Shown here piece after piece: positions 38,327-49,647 of a stretch of 64,000 bases of DNA. Made by a program: the position numbers and the translations under genes. Positions within the stretch are counted from its first letter, which is position 1. Every line of letters starts with the position of its first letter. The stretch spans positions 21,712,558-21,776,557 of the forward strand of contig OZ316895.1 in assembly GCA_973895155.1 (NCBI GenBank). Direction: 5' to 3'. Source of the DNA: Marsupella aquatica (taxonomy: Eukaryota; Plantae; Marchantiophyta). Below the pieces are notes generated by a model that was not told the origin of the DNA, searched no databases, and saw only the letters and a list, made by a program, of their open reading frames with translations.

Positions 38327-38994
38327 GGTTTAGGTTGCACCACTCTTCTTCTGGTGCAACCTAAACCCCTCAACCCGATTACTGTGGGTGATGAATTAGT
38401 GTTACTGGGGAATTAATGTAAGTCTACAAAACTAGTTGAGGATACTTATTTCTGTTTGCAATGAAGAAATGTTTTGGAATCAATTGTGGTAAAAAGACGA
38501 AGTCTGCTTTCCGACATTGATTTCTCTGGAAAATTGCAGGTCATTTGCCATCCTACCATTACTTTCCATGATGAGAAAGGTATGGATGAATTAACAATTG
38601 TACTTTTATGTGGTACTGTCTTCGTCCTCTTGTGATTGTCCTCCTGCCATCGAGCGGGTGGATCTACAGTACCTACCCCTCTCTTGAACGAAAGTGAGAA
38701 GCAAAGTCAGTTGGGCAACCTCGATGGAATGTCGACTGAAATTCCAGTGCTATTTTCATGAGTTTCTCCAATGTAAAAATAATAGTACCAGTGGTAATGT
38801 TTCCTACTTGTTTTACCATTTCTGTAAAGTTCCTAACAACCCTAAGAAGATATATATGATCAATTGCTCGTTACCATATCTGGCTATGACCATGTAAAGA
38901 CCTCCCATATGCCTCTTGGCATACAAGGTAGACGGAATGTCAACTAGATAACAGTTCATAGCAGAACCACACACTCTTAACATATACATTTGAC

Positions 38995-39153
38995 GAGAGA
39001 TATACTGGATGGACTCCCAAAATGAAAAGAGTCACTTGATGGACCCCATTAGTGATCCAGACCATTGATAAACCTTAAATCAACGTACCCAAAATCTCAT
39101 GGGGTCCATCAACTAACACCTTTCATTTTGGGGGTCCATCACGTATATCTCTC
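38995..39153. mobile_element. MITE (~160 bp) with ~58-bp terminal inverted repeats
   Basis: Left end gagagatatactggatggactcccaaaatgaaaagagtcacttgatggacccca; reverse complement of right end gagagatatacgtgatggacccccaaaatgaaaggtgttagttgatggacccca. The GAGAGAT terminus resembles the MULE at 48956. No clear TSD. Confidence 0.75.
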
Positions 39154-39927
39154 CAAGAGCTTTTCCAGCAGTATAGGGGTCAATGACCTCTACACCTAAA
39201 ATGTAGCCCATCATTTGGAGGCCTAGAAACTAGAAAAGCCCTAATATTGAATTTGGTCACCCATTCCCCCCCCCCCCCTCCTTTCTTTGACTTCCATCCT
39301 CCAAAATGATGTGTTATCATGCCTAGGTTCAAAATCTCAAGCATATTCATGGTCTTGTGACATGTGATAGAATCTTTGAGGTAGATGTTAATAGGTCAGG
39401 ATAGAGGTCTCTCTCCTGGCTGCCATTTGTATCAGACATGGAGGTGAGGGGCTGTGAAAATGGAGGTTGACTGCCACTTATTTAGGGATAGGGGCCACCC
39501 TTGGGAAGCCATCCCGACAAAATCGACCACTATATGCTCTTTTTAGAAGTTACAGGTGCATTTGACCCCCTCAGCTCAAGACGCTCTACATGAAGTGGGT
39601 CAAGCCAAGGGGCTCCTCCAACTGAACCATGAGTAGTGTGGAGCACTCACAGGAGGATCAAGACATGAGAATGTGCTTGTCTTTGGCCAAGTCAGAGCAT
39701 TGAAGTCCCCTAACAAGATTTACTTTGAATTGAAGGCTAGCGTGGCCCCAAGGTGCAGAGAACAGCTAAGACCGTCGATCTTATCGATGACCCTTGGTGA
39801 AGCACCATCTTCCACTAAAGTAGAAAGCAAGGAAAAGAATTTTTGTCTATTTATTTCAAGCAATGGAGCTAGCGAATAAATGACGGTGGGGGTGGGGATC
39901 CATCAAGAAAGTAATCCTATCCCTTTG

Positions 39928-40243
39928 ATTTTTATTTTTTTGCCTTGAATACCAAAATCAGATCCATCCAAAGTAGGATGGAAGATCAACGCCAGAGCAT
40001 GCATCTCTGTAGGGTAATCCACAAGGGGGGTCATACCCAGTACAAGGCGCGAGAGAGGGTTGGACCAGAGCCCCAAAGCGGACCAGCCCAGGGGTTGAGA
40101 AGAAACCAAGACTCCCACTAGTACACCCCACCCTCACACACACACTCACCCTTCACAACCCTTGCATGTGAAAGGGGGAAGGGAAAGGGGGATTGAATCT
40201 AGGACCTCTGGGTTCTAGACTCATCCTCTGGCCAACTGACCAC
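39928..40243 (-). mobile_element. tRNA-derived SINE (copy 1)
   Basis: Minus strand has a tRNA-like head ggtcagttggccagagg...ctagaacccagaggtcctagattcaatcccc, a (TG)n tract, body cccttgtgg.tacccta.aga.atgcatgc, and tail caaggcaaaaaaa. Homologous to 57076-57444. Confidence 0.7.
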
Positions 40244-40480
40244 TTCCAGTTGGTTCTCTCTTTCATTTCTTACCACTGCCACTTCCAGTTGGTTCTCTCT
40301 TTCATTTTTGACCACTGCCATTTGGTTATCTCTTTGATTTTTCCTGCTGTGGAGTGGAGTGTGGATCCAGGAGCAAGCGACACTTTTGTGCAATATGTCT
40401 TAGTGTCTTTGATTTTTCCTGCTGTGGAGTGGAGTGTGGATTCAGGAGCAAGCGACACTTTTGTGCAATATGTCTTACTG
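40238..40480. repeat. Two adjacent local tandem duplications (~39 bp x2, ~66 bp x2)
   Basis: ccacttccagttggttctctctttcattt x2 and tctttgatttttcctgctgtggagtggagtgtgga...gcaatatgtctta x2. Confidence 0.85.
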
Positions 40481-41410
40481 GCTTTACCAAAAGATTGTGT
40501 CTCTCTATCGAAGGATTCTTTGACGACAATCAAGCAGAGTTGTACACAATCATGGTTGTACCGCACTGTTCTACATTCTGTAGAGAAAATTATTGGTGTT
40601 GCGAGTTGTTTTCTGTGCCTTGAACGTGGGCCATCGCTGCAAATTCTACTACTACCGGAGCTTCTACAGGGGCCCAAAGATCCCGGCCCATTAACGAGAT
40701 TCCGCAAGGGCCCAGAGTCCCACACCATTGAAGATTACTGTATAATACTGTAGATTTCTGTTGCCAACAATCTTTGCTTTTCTGTATCTTCGTTGGAAAG
40801 CGATGCATCTGATTGAGTGGCCGTCATTCTAGGGGTTGACGCTACTCGTAGTTACTGTACCGTTTGACGAAGTTTGAGTGAGGCCAAGTCGAATGAAGAT
40901 GCAAACGAGTGACCCTAAACCCTGATGATCCACAAGAGTCTCACAATTGGCCATCTCGCGGTACATGTCACCTACGATTGTCATTGCACTAAGGACAGAT
41001 CAAGAGATCATCGAAGCGGTGACCAATGTCGAGAGATCATCTTCCATTTTAGTCTTGCAGCTCTTCTTCCGTGTTTTCTTTTGTGTTTTGAGTGAGCCTA
41101 AACTGTGCGCTGAACTTCCACATTGCTTGTGTAATCGAGAAAAGTGGTTTCATGTTCTGAATAAGGTACGCTACGGCCTGGGGATCCTCCATCTGCAGGC
41201 GACTTTGGAAGTGATCCTCCACAGCCACGTTACGAGTTGGGCTTGAGGCAATTGGATCGAGGCAGCTCCTGGCCGGGTAGAGGCACATCGGACACAGAAG
41301 AACATCTCAGATGACTCGCGGAGCAGCATTGGGGTGACCGGATTGATAGAGCTCAACAAGTCTAGATTTCTGGGTCCGGAAAGGTCGATCGCTTTGGGCA
41401 GAAGCGATTC

Positions 41411-44400
41411 ATGGGTAATTGCCTCTACAAGGACATCGGAGCAGCAATCGGCAGAGACGCTTCCCAAGCCCTGATTCTGGTCGTCGGCAACGATGCAGAA
41501 TGCAAGTCTCGTGTCGCATGGGACCTCGCAGAGGCTCGTGGTGCGACAGAAATGCACCTCAACAAGGCCGGGGTTCTGTTATTCGCGAGAAAACATTCCC
41601 CCGCAGAGCCTGTAGTGATGGACACTGCTCCTTTGAAGACCGTCCCGGGTTTGTCCCGGTTGGACACTGCGAGGGTCTGGATCTCACAGAATTCTCTGAG
41701 ACAGCTTTCGGGACAGGTTGTGTTTGTTGTGTGCGTCATATCGTCCACCGATGCCAAAGATGAGATCTACAGGGACCCAAATTTCAGGCACAACCAATTC
41801 AGCTGGTTGCACGTGTTGGCGTATGTTTTTGAAAAGAACAGAAAGGAGATCCTGATCCTGGTGAAGTCCGAGGACAGCACTGACAACCCGTTTAAGCAGA
41901 GATTCATGCAGGTCCTGAAAAGGGATGGATTCGGATGGCACGAGAACATCATCTTCGTCAAGTCTAAGAGAACAGATCTCAATAATCCTATGGTCAAAAG
42001 GAAAGTGCATCCTAGTGTTGATAGAGACAATGTCGATCACGAGAAATCAATTGAAAAAGGGATCGAGTCGATGTCCCCTTTCCGGTTGCCAATGGTGGCA
42101 CTGGATGGTGCCGACCAGTTTGGGCCATGGGGCCCTGAGAACGTGATCCTTTTCGGGATGTCAGGCAGTGGAAAGTCCACCCTGGCCAAGATGCTCACGA
42201 CAGGGAGGCTGGACGGAGTCGATTCTCTCTCCACAAAATTTTCCACGAGCTCAGGTCTGAGGGGAGAAACGAAGAAGGTCATTGTAGGGCAGGGGAGAGG
42301 TTGGCGAGTTGTCGACACTCCGGGGGTCGGAGAGTCGAACGAGGATGCAAAGAGCGGCGTATCAACAGACAGAGCAGGAAAATTGATCAGAGATTACGTG
42401 ACGTTGGTCCAAGGAGTTTTCAGCCACTTCATCTTCGTCATGAAGATGGGTCGGGTGAGCGAGACCGATACGGCATTGTGGAGAATCTTCAACAAAATGT
42501 TCCACGAAGATGGGGTCAGAAACCACAAGACTGTTGTGATTACCGGTGCGGATCAAAGCTGGGTGGACTGCAACATCAGTCATTTGAAGAATTGTTTTGA
42601 AGGCTGTCACAGCTTTTTGCCTGCAGAATTCCCTTCAATGGAGCCGGATGTGGATTGTGACGAGGAAGCGGAGAGAGAGCTCCAAGAAGAGCTTCAGAAC
42701 ACGAGACTGCAGTCCTTGAAGGCGCTCGAGGAAGATCTCGCCAGCCTCTGTCGACCGGATGCGTCTTGCAGATTGGGGATGTGGTCGCTTGGTACTCAGC
42801 GAAGCTTGATAGCTCGTGGTGAGGAGGAATCCAGCTCAATAGGAACTCATTATTGCCAGAATTCTGCTTTCGGATGGTTAGCCGTGAAACCACAGCCATC
42901 AGACTACGAAACATTCAGGACTATCAACAGAATCAATTCTTTCATTTCCCCAACCTTTCTGCCTGGGCAGAAATTAGACCTCAAGTCTTTTACTTCCCCA
43001 AGCTTTTTGCCTGGGCGCAAATTAGACCTTTCACAGAGTGAAGGTATCAAAAAGATAAAGGGGACAGCTGACAAATACATGATAAGGGACGGGACTCCAG
43101 AGACTAAGCTGCTAACGTGTTTTATAGGGCTCATTAAGGACAGAGACGATGACGGATACTTCGTGAGTTCAGAGTGGCTTCTCAGCCTACAAGACAACCA
43201 AAGAGAATCTTTAATGTCAGTCCTTCAAGGAGCTGGATATGCAGAGGCTTGTCAAACAAGAACCACTACATTGTTTGCTAGAATTGGGAGTGATGGGGAA
43301 GGGCCCACATCCACAGAGGCACCTGGATCATTCATTTCAACAGGGAAAAAGGTTGATAATCTTCCTAGAGATTGGCAGGGTTTCAATATGGACAAAAATG
43401 CAGAAATTTCAAACCAAGAAATTGCCAACGCCTCCGATGCAGACAACCAGCGAGAATCAAGTAAGTCGTCCTCCATCTACTTGCGAATTGGATTATACCT
43501 TAGATCGCAATCATATTATAACATCAGCATAACTTCATCAAGTTCAATTGATCCATGAAAGGACATGGTCCAGAGGGACGTGGTTTTGTTTGTGAGGATT
43601 ACTGAACTTTAACATTGATTCTTTGCAGTTTAGAAATTTGCATGTTCTGAATCCAAATTGAAGCTTAGAAATCTTCATGGTTTGAATCTGAATCGAGTGC
43701 TGGATGGAAACGCCTTGAGGTTTGTGGCATTGCCAGTATCCCAGAAATATGCGCAATACCATCTTTAACTCAGCAGTCTAGCTATAACGTCTCAGAAATA
43801 GACAAGAGAGAAATTGGACGAATGATGCGAAAATATCGTATTAACAGAAAAGTTCTTAGGCTTAAAAGTACAAATGAAAAATCAGGAGTAGAAACGTCTA
43901 GTCTTTTATTCTCTCTCATTAATAATCACATATCTAAACATGGATGATAGATTATTTCCCCCCTTCATAGGATGGCTATCATGGGATGCTTTGGGTCAAA
44001 TATAATTAACAAAACGGCTGTAGAGAAACGGCCAGAATCTCTGTGATCCAACATAAGGAGTTGGTTGGGGCCCCTGTTCAGGTAGTGCAACTGACGACAG
44101 AAGGCGAAGGCAAGTAGCAACGTGGGAGTCTTTCCAAGCGGCAATAAAGAGCAAATGCCATCAGAGGTTTTGTGTAAGTACGCAGTGGCTCTACGATCTA
44201 AACCAGCATGAGAAGGAGGCATTGGTCCAATCTTTAAGTGAAGCTAAGTACGTGCAGATTTCCCAGACAAGAAACACAACTTGGTACGTAAGGTTCCAAG
44301 TGGGAAACCTTCCTGGTTCTGCAGGCGATGGTGATTCATCAAGCTCGTCCAATAAAAATAATAGTCCCAGTGGTAATGTCAAAAATCTTGGAAGATGGAA

Positions 44401-45502
44401 CTCATTTGGATGGCTGAGACCTAAGAAGAGCGTGAATGGTGAGGATAATGCAAAGGGTTCGTCTGGTGCGGAAAACGGAGTGGAAACAAGTAAGTGGCAC
44501 ATCCCACAAAATTGTTAGTGGCACAGTGATTGTAATGTACGTAGCTACAAGAGTGGTGATACAGCGTTCTAATGACCTTGAACACTATGGCATCTGTCGT
44601 TTGCAGGCAAAATCCAAGATGGCAAAATTTCTGTGTGTCATCCTCAACGTTTGACAGTGACGTGTTCATCGTCTTCGGAACGTTCAACTGTACCCCAATT
44701 AAACGGGGATTTGAGTGAATATTTCAGTAGAAATCGATTTGGTGACTCGATTGTCACAATCCCTCGAATTGGTCCGTCCCACAATATTTCAACCTCTATG
44801 GAGAAACCGTTCCCAATAACGAAGATTGAGTTCGTTGATGGCAGAAGTAGGGAGGCGTCCATGGATCTGAAGGCCATTGCAACAACCTCAATGAGTTGTT
44901 GCGTTAAATTGGACAGTCATCTGGTGCATGTTAAATTTTCTAAAATATCTGGAGAAGCCAAGAATGTACAACCAGAAGAAGAGTGGTGCAATGCTGTTGT
45001 TGTGAGCGCTGTATACACGACTGTGTTCGGCTGTAGCAAGAGGACAACCGATACAGGTTCTAGCATAGAACAAATTGATCTTTCTCTGGACGATGAATAC
45101 TGTCGTAGTGGAGGACGGATAGTGTCTGAAGGGGATCCCTCTACAGGTGATCTTGTGTGGATGGAGCATTCAGAGAGAACTCCTGACCGATGTGAGCCTG
45201 GATCAACGACCTTAGTGTTGCGAAGAGAGGTTGAAAGAAGACGCCTAGAGGACTCAAAGAAAGTTCTTCAGGGAGCTTATCCTCTTCACTTTCAAAGGCC
45301 TAGTCCTGTGATATTCAATGGTGAAGCTAATTTAACCCATCAGGGTCACCCAGATTCATATTTACAATTTATAATTAGATACCAACTCCAAGTTTCATAC
45401 TTCGAACCTTCTAGAGCCATTTTAGAAGAAGGACTAGTTTGGTATGCCATCAACAAAACTAAGCTCATCGATTTTGGCTGCTCTTTGACAATTACAACCT
45501 AG
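41411..45502 (+). CDS. Gene B: N-acylated pseudoGTPase + AIG1/GIMAP(IAN)-type GTPase fused to the same C-terminal module as gene A. Exons 41411-43460, 44082-44489, 44607-45502; reading frame intact
   Basis: MGNC start, G1 GMSGSGKST, G2 ETK, G3 VVDTPG, AIG1-like HFIFVMKMGRVSETD...MF...TVVITGAD, then an acidic coiled coil. Donors GTAAGT at 43461 and 44490 and acceptors at 44081 and 44606 sit at the same positions and phase (1) as in gene A. Confidence 0.85.
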
Positions 45503-46847
45503 GTGCACCCCTCAACCTTCCTTGTGGGTTGTGGGTGAAGAATTAGCGTTACTGCAGAATCACTGTAAGCTTACTAAGTCAGATTGACAACAGTTATTCC
45601 TGTATACTAGGCCTCCGTGGGGAAGGAACCTTGACAGGCATCTCTTTGCCTGTGTGGGATTAGGGTGGCTCTACAAGACCTTGGAGGTGGTGAAAAAGGA
45701 GGGAACAAATAGTACCCTCAAATATATTGCAATGATTGTAGTGTTACCAAAGCAAACATCAAGGCCATTTTACATCCTAAAGGTAGGGTCCAGGGGCTAA
45801 AGGAGAGTTGGGATTCATTTAATGGCCCCAATGTCTGCTGAAGCCAAGTGCAGCAGATGGTGCTAGAACTATTTGCTGGAAGACAAAGTAGGGACCCACT
45901 ACACCTACAAGTGACAAAAGTTCATTAGTTATGGCCCTTTTAGTGTTGAAAAGAGAAGATGTGATGAGGGGCATGTGGGTCCACTTTTAATATAAAAGAC
46001 TCAAAATATGAATGGACCACGCTGCCAGGATGAAGAGACCCAGAGACCCCAAAGAGAGGTGGTCTAAATCTGGGACAAAAATGTGCTCCAAGTAAGCAAA
46101 AATTGGGCCCCGCTTCACTCCATATAGGATTGGCAACAGTTTAGGTTCAAAGTACCCCCAGCGTTTTGTAAAAGGAACAACAGCAGTTTTCCCACAATGG
46201 ATGGCCTTGATCACACCTTGGAGACAAGAAAAAAGTGGAAACTGTCACCAACATCTTGTAAAGCCACTCTTAAAAAGCGTTTTTGCATTTTGCAAAAAAG
46301 CTATGATAAAGGTAGACAAAGTCTGCTTTCCTACTTACTCTGGAAAAAATTGCAATTCATTTGCAATACAACCATTTTTGTTCATGATCAGTTTGTGGCA
46401 CACTTTTATGTGGTTCTATCTTAGTTTGTCCTCTGGTGGTCAACTGCTCTTTGCTGTCTGCAAGATCAACTTCCCAAAGAAAGTGTGGATCTACCTACCC
46501 CTCCCCTTGAACGAAAGTGAGAAATAAAGCATTCTGGCAGTCTCGATGGGATGTGAAATGAAACTCCAGTCCTAGCCTACCTCCATTGCTGAAATTTTTG
46601 CCTATGGTAGGGAATCTGTTTGCAGCCTAGCGAACGAGCCTGAATGCCCATCATTGAATATTAATTGAAATGATGACAAAAATCATCCTGCCTAATTCAT
46701 TCTGAAATACATACATCTCATTGTTCTTTTCATTGCAAATATTGGCGGACCCTAGAGTCATGATCTAGAGGCTTCATTCTAGAAACCTCGGCCCCAACTC
46801 TAGCTTATGTTTGCGATTTATTAGGAATATAGTTGACTTCTCAAAAG

Positions 46848-47103
46848 TGGTTTAGCCTTCAAAACGGAGATTTTGCAGGTTATTGTATAGTAGTTGGCTG
46901 GACACAGTATGCATCGAGTAAACAATACGAGCGATTACCAGGCTCTCGTAGTAGTTGGTGGTGGTTTAGCCTTCAAAACGGAGATTTTGCAGGTTATTGC
47001 ATAGTAGTTGGGTGGACACAGTATGCATCGAGTAAACAATAGGAGAGATTACCAGGCTCTTGTAGTAGTTGGTGGGACTTATTGGTATGCATTGAGTAAA
47101 CAA
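46848..47103. repeat. ~114-bp tandem repeat (two copies plus a partial third interrupted by the Helitron insertion)
   Basis: tggtttagccttcaaaacggagattttgcaggttattg.atagtagttgg.tggacacagtatgcatcgagtaaacaata.gag.gattaccaggctct x2. Confidence 0.85.
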
Positions 47104-48849
47104 TCTACATCTATAATATGCAATGTCGCCAAAAAGTACTTTCGTCTGCTTACAAAATTGAAAATGGAGGGAATCAAGCTAAACCGTCAGATTATTTTTA
47201 AGTTTTTTGTGTACTCTTGGATTGATTCACCAAGAGTGTCAAATGATATACTTCTCTCTATAATATAATACACAGTATATGAGGTATTTCTTATGTACAT
47301 TCTTATGTGACATCATCTAAAATGTTTCTTTCTCTTTTATTAATAAGTTACACACATCCCAACCATAAACTTTTGGGGCATGTCAAATGTTTTGGATTTT
47401 GCATAGAATATGATTATAAGGTACATCTCCAAACAATAATTGTCACTGAGGGACAATTGGGGTCGTAGTATATCTATTACTGTCCCAGGGTATATGAATA
47501 CCCTGGAGACTTGAAGCCACAAGGAAGGGAGAGGGTCGGTTTTCAAAGATAAAAGGGAAAAGCCACAAGGAGGGAGAGGGGAGAGGTTGGTTTCTAAAGA
47601 TAAAGGGACAAAACGAAGTTAAATAAAGTTGAGTACATGGAAAAAACTGCAAAGCAAGAAAAGGATAGAGGGGATAATATTTTTGCCAGCCAAGAGCTTT
47701 CCATGATGGAAAACTTATAGTTTTTTGTGCATAAAAATACTTATTTATCAAAATCTTGAAAAATGGAACATTAAAACAAAAAGTGTTTCCCTCCTCCACA
47801 TCGTTGTCTTGCCTCAACATTTCTGTCTTGCTTCTGCCTTGACATTTTCACTCTCTTCAACATTCTTGCCTGGCCTTCACATCTTCCTTTGCCTCTACAT
47901 CCTTGCCTCGCCTCAAATTCTTGGGCATTGGGCTATCACACAATAAGGGATCCCATCCATTCATGGGATCATCTGCTTACAGTTGCAAGATTCAGCCCGG
48001 TTCAACCTCAACCATTGGATGGAAAAGAAGTTTTTTGTGGCCCTTGATCTGCAAAACTCCATTAATAGCTCTGGATACTGTCTCCTCTAACGCCCTTTCA
48101 GTATGTTGGGTTTCTCCCACTTTGCCTTTTGTGTCTGTCTTTTTGCTTTTATTTCCTTTAATTTATTTCTGAACATTGCCTTAATTTCTCCATAATTATT
48201 TGTCTTTTGCCTTGCTTTGACATTGCTTTGACCTCGCTTGACATCTTTGCCTCTCCTCGACATCTTGCCCTTGCCTCAACATCTTCGCATCTCCTCGACA
48301 TCTTACCCTCTCCTCAACATCTTTGTCTCTCCTTGACATCCTTGACATCTGGCTCTTGCCTCGACATCTTGCCCTCATCTAAACATTTTTGCCTCGCCTT
48401 GACATCTTTCTCTCCCCTGGACATCTTGCTCTTGCCTGGACATCTTTGCCTCTCCTCGACATCTGGCCCTCCCCTGAACATCTTTGCATCTCCTTGACAT
48501 CTTGCCCTCGCCTTGACATCTTCGCATCTCCTTGACATCTTCGTATGTCCTCAACATCTTACCCTCTCCTCAAAATCTTTGTCTCTCCTTGACATCTTGC
48601 CCTTGCCTCAACATCTTGCCCTCACTCGACATCTTGCCCTCACCTCAAAATCTTGCCCTCACCTTGACATCTTGCCTTCACCTCAAAATTTTGCATTCAC
48701 CTCGACATCCAGCCCTCACTTGCAATCTTGCCCTTACCTCAACGTCTTGCCCTCACCTAGAAATTTTGCCCTCACTCAAAATCTTGCCCTCATCTCAACA
48801 TCTTGACCTCACTCAACATCTTTCGTGCAACGCACGGGCATGGGGCTAG
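47104..48849 (+). mobile_element. Non-autonomous Helitron 1
   Basis: 5' end A|TCTACATCTATAATA; 3' subterminal hairpin CGTGC-AAC-GCACG followed by ...GGGGCTAG (48846-48849). Contains a CTTGACATCTT-type minisatellite (~48190-48820). Confidence 0.75.
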
Positions 48850-49647
48850 TCTAACACTATAATACCTCCGCACTTTTTGTCGTCATTGTCCGTTTATGAA
48901 ATGCAGGGTGGGCGAGAACCAACCATGGCCCTTAGAGATTTTTGGTCATGTTTTGGAGAGATTTTCTTGGTGGGGTCTCACTTGAAAGCTGTCGACTTAA
49001 CAAGTCCCAAAAAGTCCAAAATGACTTGGTAGGACCTCAAACGTAGGATCGACTGGGTTTAGTATGACTTTGCCGGCCCTGCACCTTACCCTATTGTAGA
49101 ACGGCAAAAAACTACGTTGGAGCGAGGATAGGGAGAACTTATTGTGTGCCCATTATTTGGACCCCACTTCATCGCTCACGGGAGGTGAAGTGTACCCATT
49201 ATCTGGAGCCCACTGCTTATCTTGAGCCCACTGCATCGCTCATGGGAGGCAAGGCAAGGCTCCCGTGAGTTCCCTGGCAAAAAGTCAGGGTGCCATTGCA
49301 CCCAATGTTTATACATTGTGGTTGATTGGAATCCAAGCTATGATGCGCTGCACTAAGAGGAGCGGAGAGTATCATTTGAGAGTGATGTGGACAATGTCCA
49401 GACATGCTGAGAACAATGTCATGGGTTTAGGGTGACTGTGCTGTGCGCTGGTAAATGCTGCGACGAGAGGATCTTTTGCCAGAGTTCAGGGTCCCATTCA
49501 ATGCTCAGTTTTTCTCTCCATTCTGCTAAGGCGCTAACTAAAGGGATACATTCATGCGACTCTCGAGCAGCTACTAAGGGCTACATGCGGCGACCCAGCT
49601 GCTGCTTCGGGCTACATGCGACGATCTATTGTGAATAGAACTGCACT

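Noticed and set aside
33120-45502. Canonical hydrolase-NB-ARC-LRR (HNL) receptor
   Set aside because: No kinase-2, GLPL, MHD or LRR motifs. The only P-loop is followed by DTPG, which marks a TRAFAC GTPase.
48196-48849. Several overlapping ORFs with repetitive peptides
   Set aside because: Artefacts of the CTTGACATCTT minisatellite inside Helitron 1.
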